A model generated the notes under the pieces. It did no database searches. It worked only from the letters and a program-made list of their open reading frames with translations, and was not told where the DNA came from. The position numbers and the translations under genes are program-made. Source: a virus. From it: a DNA stretch of 41,745 nucleotides. Positions 1 through 6,279 of this stretch are shown one piece after another (the stretch's first letter is position 1; each line of letters starts with the position of its first letter). The stretch spans positions 1 through 41,745 of the IMG/VR virus record IMGVR_UViG_3300045988_173571; one strand, given 5' to 3'.

Positions 1-55
1 CCTTGATATGGATTTATATATCAAGGTAAAAGAAGAAGCTCAAAAACAAGACCGA
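1..55. repeat. Terminal overlap, exact copy of 41691..41745
   Basis: ccttgatatggatttatatatcaaggtaaaagaagaagctcaaaaacaagaccga is present at both window ends. Confidence 0.95.
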
Positions 56-109
56 AGCGTAAATAATTTTATCCTTCAGGTCGTGATGAACGACGTCCAA
101 AATTCATGA
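1..109 (+). CDS. 3' end of the junction-spanning partition-partner ORF (second ribbon-helix-helix unit); nt 1..55 duplicate 41691..41745
   Basis: The frame opened at 41413 continues at nt 56 (agc gta aat ...) to TGA 107..109. Encoded ...KICLNLDMDLYIKVKEEAQKQDRSVNNFILQVVMNDVQNS has a beta-strand/helix/helix RHH pattern. Confidence 0.65.
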   Translation, partial: LDMDLYIKVKEEAQKQDRSVNNFILQVVMNDVQNS

Positions 110-165
110 GCTATTTTCAAATAAATACAAATTTCATATCTAATAGTCGAAACGCAAATTTGAAT

Positions 166-207
166 ATAAAAAAAGGAGTTACTGTTTTAGTAGCTCCTTT
201 TATTTTA
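166..207. terminator. Bidirectional intrinsic terminator between the convergent partition ORF (+) and the 62-aa ORF (-)
   Basis: Stem ggagttact (175-183) / agtagctcc (189-197), loop gtttt, flanked by an A-run upstream and a T-run downstream. Confidence 0.7.
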
Positions 208-388
208 TCGCCTTTTGGCAATCCTTATACCAAAGACATATATCATCACTGCATTTCTTAGTTGCATAGCAAGGATTATTTCCCTCTTGCTCCTGCAATA
301 TATGTATCATATCAGCTTTTTTTGCTTTCTTTGGTAGCTCTATAGCTCTATCTTTTGCTATAGCTTTTATATCTTTTATTGTTGGCAT
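200..388 (-). CDS. Small SAP/Rho_N-like protein with a C-terminal Cys cluster
   Basis: 62-aa ORF with RBS gaaggtgag upstream. N-terminal IKDIKAIAKDRAIELPKKAKKADMIHIL resembles SAP/Rho-N helix-extended-helix motifs. C-terminal C..C..C.W...C pattern. Confidence 0.55.
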   Translation of the reverse strand: MPTIKDIKAIAKDRAIELPKKAKKADMIHILQEQEGNNPCYATKKCSDDICLWYKDCQKAIK

Positions 389-502
389 CTACTCACCTTC
401 TTTCTATTGGTATATATAAATCTTTTAAAACTAGACACTAACTTTGGCTTTACTTCTGACCCAAAAAAGATTACGCTTGGGAGGATTGCGGAGCCGTGTT
501 CT

Positions 503-553
503 AGATATAGTTATACCTTTAGCGTTCTACTAAAGATATAACTATATTTTTTT
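503..553 (+). terminator. Terminator-like hairpin plus T7 run (may equally be a structural stem of a minus-strand RNA)
   Basis: atatagttata (505-515) pairs with tataactatat (537-547), followed by ttttttt. Confidence 0.35.
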
Positions 554-769
554 ACGCCTGGTTTTCTTGCGTCTGCCAGTCCAGTTTCTACTAGTTCCTG
601 CTTTTACACAGGTAGGATTTTTAACGGTTACCTCATTGCCCCAACCGCCATGCGTTTCCACATGTTATCCTAATACGGCTTACAGATAAAATCTGCAATC
701 CCAATCTGCAATCTAAAATTGCTTTAACCACCGTCGTCTACTTTTAACCATACAATTATATTAACCGCA

Positions 770-795
770 TAAAAAAAGAGCCTTAAAACGGCTCT
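770..795 (-). terminator. Intrinsic terminator on the minus strand inside the ORF-free region
   Basis: Minus strand reads agagcc-gttttaa-ggctct followed by ttttttt. Confidence 0.6.
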
Positions 796-1123
796 GATTT
801 GCAATTTATATAATAGGTTAGGCTTATTAAGGGAGTTTAACGACATTCCGCCCTCTTAGGTAAATTTGGATAGTAGAATATATCCAAATGCCCCGCCGAT
901 TTCCCTGCCTCTGCTGACGATACAGTGGATTACTTTCTGCAATCCTAGTTTATACACCTTGCCAAGTGTAGCTTTCGCTTTCCATGAATAAGCATCATGG
1001 CACGCTGATATGGTTTATTCCCATACCTGATTTTAGATACTAAAAAACACATTTATCATCATTCCCACATGGGAAAAATGTAAATGTGCCTACTTAACCT
1101 ACCTAAAATCATTAATAATTTAT

Positions 1124-1142
1124 GATATGTCGTTGACATATC
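1124..1142. promoter_or_regulatory. Inverted repeat GATATGTC-gtt-GACATATC (operator-like) overlapping the -35 of the sRNA promoter
   Basis: 8-bp perfect arms separated by 3 nt. Confidence 0.45.
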
Positions 1143-1161
1143 GCTAATATATAAGTATAAT
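1133..1161 (+). promoter_or_regulatory. Consensus sigma-70/sigma-A type promoter
   Basis: TTGACA (1133-1138), 17-nt spacer, TATAAT (1156-1161). Confidence 0.7.
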
Positions 1162-1167
1162 GAGTTT

Positions 1168-1250
1168 AGAAAACAACTCGGACAACTTATTTGTGGTAGG
1201 TTGTTCGGCAAGACCAATCGTGTTACCAGCACGTTTGGTCTTTTTTATTT
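1168..1250 (+). ncRNA. Candidate ~80-nt small RNA with two hairpins
   Basis: Lies downstream of the consensus promoter. Hairpin 1 is 1179-1186/1200-1207 with a 13-nt loop uuauuugugguag. Hairpin 2 is aagaccaa..cgtg-uuaccag-cacg..uuggucuu followed by UUUUUUAUUU. No ORF. Confidence 0.5.
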
Positions 1251-1326
1251 CTAAAAACTTTTTATTAAATTGTCAAATTATTTACACCTTTATAATATAT
1301 TAAATTAAACCTATTGTCAAACTAAA

Positions 1327-1360
1327 GTCGATATCAAAATATCGGCTTTTTCTTTTATTT
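1327..1360 (+). terminator. Intrinsic terminator-like hairpin
   Basis: gtcgatat-caaa-atatcggc followed by tttttcttttattt. Confidence 0.5.
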
Positions 1361-1406
1361 AAGTATTTTTATATCATTTTTATAATTATTATATTCTATA
1401 ATTATA

Positions 1407-1458
1407 TTGATTTTATATTATTTTTATAGTATTATTTAGGTAAATAAAGTGATATAAT
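1407..1458 (+). promoter_or_regulatory. Promoter region of the AP2/Zn-ribbon gene (two candidate promoters)
   Basis: TTGATT-17-TATTAT (1407-1435) and an extended -10 TGaTATAAT (1450-1458). Contains TTATATTATTTTT, which is also found in the 40103-40158 repeats. Confidence 0.5.
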
Positions 1459-1466
1459 AAAAAAGA

Positions 1467-1492
1467 GCATTTACTAATGCCCTAGTAAATGC
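1467..1492. promoter_or_regulatory. Hairpin H1 in the 5' leader of the AP2 gene; shares its loop/core with hairpin H2 at 40585..40612
   Basis: gcatttacta-atgccc-tagtaaatgc (10-bp stem), preceded by an A6 run. Core TTACTAATGCCCT(A/G)GTAA is common to both hairpins. Confidence 0.6.
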
Positions 1493-1574
1493 CCTTACAT
1501 CTAATGTTTCTATTAATCAGATGAGCTGTAAATATTATAGCTTATCTTTGATTATCTATCAAGGAGGAGTTTTT

Positions 1575-3272
1575 ATGGAAAAAGAAAATTTGGTAGGTAA
1601 AAAATTTAATATGTTAACTGTATTAGAAGAATTACCTCATTATAAAGTTCGTTGCAAGTGCGATTGTGGCAATGAAAAAATAATTGATAAATATAAGGTA
1701 AAAAATGGAATAATAAAATCTTGCGGTTGTTTAATTTTAAAACAACGAAGATTTCCAAAAGATTATACAGGTAAGAAATTTGGTATGCTTACCATTACCA
1801 AAGAATTAGGGAAGGGAAAAGTCCTAGCCAAATGTGATTGTGGCAGTGAAAAAATATATACAAAAAGTCCTATTATTGCTGGTAAAATAACTTCTTGTGG
1901 TTGTCAAAAAACTATAAATAAAGACTATACAGGACAAAAATTTAATCACCTAACTGTTATAAAAGAACTGGGTTCTGGTAAAATTCTTTGTCGTTGTGAT
2001 TGTGGCAATATCAAAGAGTATGTAAAAAATCCTGTTGTCAAAGGGAATATAAAGTCTTGTGGTTGTATTACACGTGAAGGCTTCCCAAGAGATTTAACAG
2101 GTAAAAAAATTGGATTGCTTACAGTTCTATATCCAACAGATGCAACTTATAAAACTTTTCATTGTCGCTGTGATTGTGGTAATGAAAAAGATATATCAAG
2201 AGGACATCTTGTATCTCAAAATATTAAATCATGTGGCTGTTTACGTGGAAAAAGACTTAAAGAAAATAAAAAAAAGAGCGAGTTTAATAACTTAAATATA
2301 AAAAGAATATTAAAAACAGATGCAAATTCTAATAATACTACCAGTGGGGTTCGTGGTATTATTTGGGCAAAAGAAAGAAATAAATGGAATGTCTATATAT
2401 CCAGAAAAAATCTTGGATATTATGATACCTTAGAAGAAGCTAAAAAAGTTAGAAAAGAAGCAGAAGAAAAATATTTTGCCCCAATTATAAAAGAATATTT
2501 TGCAAATAAAAAAGCAAAAGTTCGTAAATCTTATGTAGGTCAAAAATTTAATATGCTTACAATATTAGAGGAATTAGGTGGCAATAAAGTTCTTTGTCGC
2601 TGTGATTGTGGTAACGTAAAAATACTGACCAAATCAACCGTAATTAAGGGAGGAACCAAATCTTGTGGTTGCTTACTTACAGGTAGGAAAATAAAATCTT
2701 ATATAGGTAAAAAATTTAACCACCTTACTATTATTAAAGAAGATGGTGGCTACAGAACAAAAGCAATCTGCCAATGTGATTGCGGAAATATCATTAAAGC
2801 CCTAAAAAAAGATGTCATTTTAGGGGCGAAAAAATATTGTGGCGATAAAAACTGCCCTTATAAAACAAAAAGACATGTTACTTCAAAAAAAAATATAATA
2901 GGTAAAAAATTTAATATGTTAACTGTATTAGAAGAATTTTCTACTATAGATTCTAAAGGGCGAAGTATAAAAAAACTACGTTGTAAATGTGATTGTGGCA
3001 ATGTTGTTGAAGTAATAAAAGCAAACGTTACTCGTGGGCATACCAAATCTTGCGGGTGTTTAAATAAAAACAGACATATGATAAATAGAACAGGTCAAAA
3101 ATTCGGTATGCTCACCATTTTAAAAGAGCTAGGAAATAACAAAGTCCTTTGTCAATGCGATTGTGGAAGTATAAAAGAATATACAAAATCTTTAGTTGTC
3201 AAAGGTAATACTAAATCATGTGGGTGTACTAGAGTAGAAAGTATACGAAAAGCAAAAAAGACTACCAAATAA
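1575..3272 (+). CDS. AP2-domain DNA-binding protein carrying eight tandem Cys-rich Zn-ribbon repeats (4 + AP2 + 4)
   Basis: AGGAGG at 1563-1568 lies 6 nt before ATG 1575 (the track start at 1521 has no RBS). Eight units of G(K/Q)KF(N/G)xLT(V/I)...C.CDCG(N/S)...SCGC. Central SGVRGIIWAKERNKWNVYISRKNLGYYDTLEEAKKVRKEAE matches the AP2 pattern. Confidence 0.85.
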   Translation: MEKENLVGKKFNMLTVLEELPHYKVRCKCDCGNEKIIDKYKVKNGIIKSCGCLILKQRRFPKDYTGKKFGMLTITKELGKGKVLAKCDCGSEKIYTKSPIIAGKITSCGCQKTINKDYTGQKFNHLTVIKELGSGKILCRCDCGNIKEYVKNPVVKGNIKSCGCITREGFPRDLTGKKIGLLTVLYPTDATYKTFHCRCDCGNEKDISRGHLVSQNIKSCGCLRGKRLKENKKKSEFNNLNIKRILKTDANSNNTTSGVRGIIWAKERNKWNVYISRKNLGYYDTLEEAKKVRKEAEEKYFAPIIKEYFANKKAKVRKSYVGQKFNMLTILEELGGNKVLCRCDCGNVKILTKSTVIKGGTKSCGCLLTGRKIKSYIGKKFNHLTIIKEDGGYRTKAICQCDCGNIIKALKKDVILGAKKYCGDKNCPYKTKRHVTSKKNIIGKKFNMLTVLEEFSTIDSKGRSIKKLRCKCDCGNVVEVIKANVTRGHTKSCGCLNKNRHMINRTGQKFGMLTILKELGNNKVLCQCDCGSIKEYTKSLVVKGNTKSCGCTRVESIRKAKKTTK

Positions 3273-3288
3273 GGTAGTCTTTTTCTTT
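3259..3288 (+). terminator. Intrinsic terminator of the AP2 gene
   Basis: agactacc-aaataa-ggtagtct followed by ttttcttt. The loop contains the stop codon. Confidence 0.7.
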
Positions 3289-3290
3289 AC

Positions 3291-3333
3291 TAAAAAATAA
3301 GTTTTTCCGCAGATTAACTTATCAAAAACTTAT
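3291..3333 (-). terminator. Intrinsic terminator ending the minus-strand late unit
   Basis: 10-bp stem ataagttttt (3297-3306) / aaaaacttat (3324-3333), with a T-run on the minus strand. Confidence 0.65.
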
Positions 3334-3416
3334 CGCAACTAGTTTTTGTGTTCTTTTATTTAAATATCAATAATGTTCCTGCTATTATTTGCCATAATAG
3401 CCTTTGTTTTTTCAGT

Positions 3417-3854
3417 TTATTTTGCTCCTGCTCGGATATCTTCAATGATTGTGAGACTTTGTTCAATTCTTCGCTGGCTATCATCAATGAGTCCTGTGCT
3501 TGTTGTGATTGAGTCTTGAGCGTTTGTAATTGCTGTGTTAATGTTTGTATTTGTGTCTGTGATGTCATCAGCTGTGTCTTTAGCTTCGTTATTTGACTGT
3601 TCAATTCTTCCGACTGTTTCGATGCTGTCATCAATTCCTGATTGGATTTGTTCAATAGATTCTGTAGCTCGTTGTTGTTCTTCTTGAGCTGTATTAAGTT
3701 GGTTTCTAGTGTCGTTAGTTGTTCCTGTGTTATCGTATACGTTTGCGAACAGTAACCAGTAGGCAAAGCAAATACACAGCACAAGCAAAAAAACACAGCA
3801 CATTTTTTTATGTTCCTGGATAAAGCTTTTAATTTTACTAAGCACATTTATCAT
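3417..3854 (-). CDS. Membrane-anchored protein (N-terminal TM helix, acidic Asp/Glu/Asn/Thr-rich ectodomain with recurring IEQ motifs); function unknown
   Basis: ATG 3854 overlaps the TGA of the upstream ORF (coupling). Third codon positions are mostly A/T/C, as in the rest of the genome. TM segment is CCVFLLVLCICFAYWLLF. Confidence 0.55.
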   Translation of the reverse strand: MINVLSKIKSFIQEHKKMCCVFLLVLCICFAYWLLFANVYDNTGTTNDTRNQLNTAQEEQQRATESIEQIQSGIDDSIETVGRIEQSNNEAKDTADDITDTNTNINTAITNAQDSITTSTGLIDDSQRRIEQSLTIIEDIRAGAK

Positions 3855-4090
3855 CACACTTCAAATTCTTCAATAACTTTATTTTCTGCACGCTGTTCAC
3901 AGAAATAAATTACATCACCATGTTCACTATGTCCCATGGTCAAATATCTATTATCACCTTGTAAATTAAATTTGTCGTTAATATCGAGTAATGCACTATT
4001 AATATTCTTGGTATTAGTTTTATACACATTTTTAATATATGCCACTACTTCTTCAGGTAATTTTTTTGTACTAATAATTTTTACTAACAT
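3854..4090 (-). CDS. Hypothetical protein (78 aa)
   Basis: RBS aaggagta 7 nt before the ATG. Compact spacing within the operon. Confidence 0.6.
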   Translation of the reverse strand: MLVKIISTKKLPEEVVAYIKNVYKTNTKNINSALLDINDKFNLQGDNRYLTMGHSEHGDVIYFCEQRAENKVIEEFEV

Positions 4091-4119
4091 CTTTCATTAC
4101 TCCTTTTTTACTAATCTTA

Positions 4120-4302
4120 TTAACGTAAAAATTCAATTCTATGTTCTTCATCTACTCCACTTTCTATTGGTTCATGCTTTTCATTTAAAATAAATTTTAA
4201 TGGAGCAATTATTACAGTCTTCTCATCTGCATATATACATTTGTAGGGAATCAAATTATTTCCTTCAGCTAAATGCAAATAATCATTTGTACATAAATTC
4301 AT
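4120..4302 (-). CDS. Hypothetical protein (60 aa)
   Basis: RBS aaggaga 8 nt before the ATG. Confidence 0.5.
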   Translation of the reverse strand: MNLCTNDYLHLAEGNNLIPYKCIYADEKTVIIAPLKFILNEKHEPIESGVDEEHRIEFLR

Positions 4303-4499
4303 TGTTTTATTCTCCTTAAATTGAAATTTTATTTATTAATTAACCGTTGCATGCAGAAAATATCCTGGAAAAATTCTGCAATCTAATTTCAAAACACTAC
4401 ATACATACAACTATAAAAATACCTGGTATTTTGAATAAGCTAAAATCTAAAAGTCCTTTATTTATAAGGCTTTATAAGATTTTATAAATTACATTTTTT

Positions 4500-5192
4500 T
4501 CAAAGTCCTTCATTTTTTAATAGTTCTAATGCATCAGCTTTTTCATTAATAAAACGATTTCTAAGACCTATTTTTACTACGTCATAGCTACCATTTGCCC
4601 AATCTTTGGGGCTGTGATAAGTACCTTTAGAAGTCATATATGCATTATCACATTCTTGGATCAGAAAATCATATATGCATTCAATCATTTCTCTATCAAA
4701 GCATTTATCATCTACCCAGCTAATCTCTGGGTGTCCCATAAGTCTTACTGCTTCTGTCCAAAGCTCATACATATTATTTGGGCCATATTGAATGGCACGA
4801 CTAAATAATACAGCTTTCATAGCTTCACTATGTTTGGTGATGTCATATTTACTATTTAATAGATTAAAATAACCTGCATTATAATACATATCGCCTGCAT
4901 ATTCGTCTTGCAGTTTGCCAAAACCTTCGGCGTCTATTGTACCGATAGATTTCCATTCATTTATAAATTCTCTTGAATTAACTGGATAGGCATTTTTCAG
5001 GACTCTGCCATAATTTGCATAGCAGTCTTCAGGGTAATTGCACAGCCATTCAACAAAATTTTCAACTACTCCTGCTTCACTGGAAAACTGATACCTTCCA
5101 TAAGATTTACCGCCTAAATCTCCGCTTCCTGTACTGACTGTTGCAGGATTGCCACCTGCTTCATACTTAAGTACCAATTGATTGTTTAACAT
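4500..5192 (-). CDS. Putative endolysin, lysozyme-like peptidoglycan hydrolase (VgrG3 C-terminal / chitosanase-like pattern)
   Basis: N-terminal YEAGGNPATVSTGSGDLGGKSYGRYQFSS fits the E-x-GG...GG-x-SYG-x-YQ catalytic-region pattern of that lysozyme-like family. RBS aggagtg. Sits in the lysis region. Confidence 0.65.
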   Translation of the reverse strand: MLNNQLVLKYEAGGNPATVSTGSGDLGGKSYGRYQFSSEAGVVENFVEWLCNYPEDCYANYGRVLKNAYPVNSREFINEWKSIGTIDAEGFGKLQDEYAGDMYYNAGYFNLLNSKYDITKHSEAMKAVLFSRAIQYGPNNMYELWTEAVRLMGHPEISWVDDKCFDREMIECIYDFLIQECDNAYMTSKGTYHSPKDWANGSYDVVKIGLRNRFINEKADALELLKNEGL

Positions 5193-5204
5193 TTTTCACA
5201 CTCC

Positions 5205-5282
5205 TAAATAAGAAAACCGCCACAATATTAAGTTATTAGTAGCGGTTTTTACTGTTACTGTATTAAGTTTCCAAAATGTAAA
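5205..5282 (-). promoter_or_regulatory. Late regulatory element, copy A: promoter-like TTTACA...AGTAAC followed by a leader hairpin and T-run, upstream of the endolysin
   Basis: Minus strand reads TTTACATTTTGGAAACTTAATACAGTAAC..AACCGCTAC-17nt-GTGGCGGTT-TTCTTATTT. About 70 nt are closely similar to 32880..32956. Confidence 0.55.
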
Positions 5283-5301
5283 TTTTAAAGTCTATACCTT
5301 T

Positions 5302-5766
5302 TTAATAAATAATATAATTTTTTGCTATATATTCATCAAATATTTTACCTTCTTCGCCATCAATGTCATTTAGATATACGGCTTTGGCAAAGTCAATATA
5401 GGTACGTATATCATTTTTAAATACGTTACCTGCGTCAGAATAGAGCATATTTAAAAGATAATACCAATCATATTTATTTACTTTTAAATTATTTTGTGTA
5501 GCTAGATTACTAGTCTGCTCTATGCTCCAATGCTCACCAAAAGAACCATCAAAATGTTTCATTTTTCCTACTGCTTCTTTGGCCATGTTTTCGCAAAAAT
5601 GTTTTCCATGTTTTAATACATGCAATTTTAAACTAATGCGGTTGTATGTGCCCTCGTCAAAATGTTTCATCATGCGTAGCATTTTACAAGATAACTCTAT
5701 CGCTTCATCTTTTTTATAATCATCTTGCAAAAGTTCTTCATATATTTTTTCACAATTTATTTTCAT
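5302..5766 (-). CDS. Hypothetical protein (154 aa), family of unknown function with a HWSIEQT...YDWYYLLNMLYSD motif
   Basis: RBS gaggaaa 6 nt before ATG 5766. The longer track start at 5793 would overlap the upstream gene. Confidence 0.6.
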   Translation of the reverse strand: MKINCEKIYEELLQDDYKKDEAIELSCKMLRMMKHFDEGTYNRISLKLHVLKHGKHFCENMAKEAVGKMKHFDGSFGEHWSIEQTSNLATQNNLKVNKYDWYYLLNMLYSDAGNVFKNDIRTYIDFAKAVYLNDIDGEEGKIFDEYIAKNYIIY

Positions 5767-5776
5767 TGTATTTTCC

Positions 5777-6208
5777 TCATGCCAATTTGACAATTACTAA
5801 ATCTGCTGTATTTACCGTTACACCTGTTGTTTGTACCTGTAATTGTACATTTACATTATTGGCTGTAGGCGTACATGGGCAAGTGCAAGGAACTTCAATT
5901 ATTGTTGTAATACTTGCCGTATATTCTGTTGCGTCTGCTGTTGTTACTGTAGCACTAGCACCTGCTATAGCATTATTATTATTTAATAATTGTAATGTTA
6001 CAGGTCCAGCAGCAGTCCCCAAAAGATTTGCATTAACTGTTACTAAATAAAGCCCTGCTTTTTGTAACGTTGCTGGAGTAGTTCCTGCTGTGAATGCTAT
6101 GCTTTGCCCTGTTACGTTAGCACTGGTGAAAGTAACCAAGCTATTAGCAGTCAATGCCTGTGCTGTAGTATTTATAGCATTTAATGTAGATTTTCGATAA
6201 CAAGTCAT
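5777..6208 (-). CDS. Stand-alone BclA C-terminal-like (C1q/TNF-like jelly-roll) domain protein
   Basis: 143 aa. TAQALTANSLVTF...AGLYLVTVNANL...VTLQLLNNN...TTIIEV...ADLVIVKLA parallels the strand pattern of the Bacillus exosporium BclA C-terminal domain. No collagen-like repeats. Confidence 0.6.
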   Translation of the reverse strand: MTCYRKSTLNAINTTAQALTANSLVTFTSANVTGQSIAFTAGTTPATLQKAGLYLVTVNANLLGTAAGPVTLQLLNNNNAIAGASATVTTADATEYTASITTIIEVPCTCPCTPTANNVNVQLQVQTTGVTVNTADLVIVKLA

Positions 6209-6226
6209 TATATTTACCTTCTTTCA

Positions 6227-6253
6227 TAAAAAAGAGCGGAGTTGCTCCGCTCT
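6227..6253 (-). terminator. Intrinsic terminator between the 205-aa and BclA-C-like genes
   Basis: Minus strand reads agagcggag-caa-ctccgctct followed by tttttta. Confidence 0.65.
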
Positions 6254-6279
6254 TAGTGGTGCAATCTATGCACAATTAT

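Larger units (their letters stand above)
410..1120. other. ORF-free, GC-elevated, stem-rich region: candidate large structured RNA(s) and/or replication origin (sso-like)
   Basis: No ORF >=60 aa on either strand. Hand counts give 28/60 G+C (601-660) and 27/60 (841-900) versus 20/60 in the parA block 40741-40800. Plus strand is C-rich and G-poor. Several local stems. Confidence 0.4.

Noticed and set aside
1270-1296. The promoter-like TTGTCA ... TATAAT between the sRNA terminator and the 1327..1360 hairpin.
   Set aside because: The spacer is only 15 nt, so it is recorded as weak. The downstream hairpin is kept as a feature, but I do not call a second sRNA.
1521-1574. An N-terminal extension of the AP2 gene (MSCKYYSLSLIIYQGGVF).
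   Set aside because: AGGAGG lies inside it at the correct distance from ATG 1575, and the first repeat unit begins right after that ATG.
3356-3847. A 163-aa ORF almost fully overlapping the 3417..3857 ORF in another frame of the same strand. It looks protein-like (hydrophobic N-terminus, Leu/Gln/Thr coiled-coil, C-terminal hydrophobic tail) and raised the idea of an embedded spanin pair, a u-spanin or dual coding.
   Set aside because: The coding strand here is very T-poor, so stops are rare in all three frames. In a sampled stretch (3601-3660) the 163-aa frame has 8 of 19 G-ending codons, including TCG twice, which is unlike the rest of the genome. The 146-aa frame keeps the usual A/T/C third positions and is translationally coupled to the upstream gene. 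There is no lipobox and no separate RBS. It is not fully excluded, because its stop (3356) lies closer to the operon terminator.
5522-6050. Plus-strand ORFs 5522..5719 and 5646..6050, antisense to the 154-aa and BclA-C-like genes.
   Set aside because: They have no RBS and their composition mirrors the Thr/Ala/Val-rich minus-strand gene. The minus-strand genes have RBSs and operon spacing.
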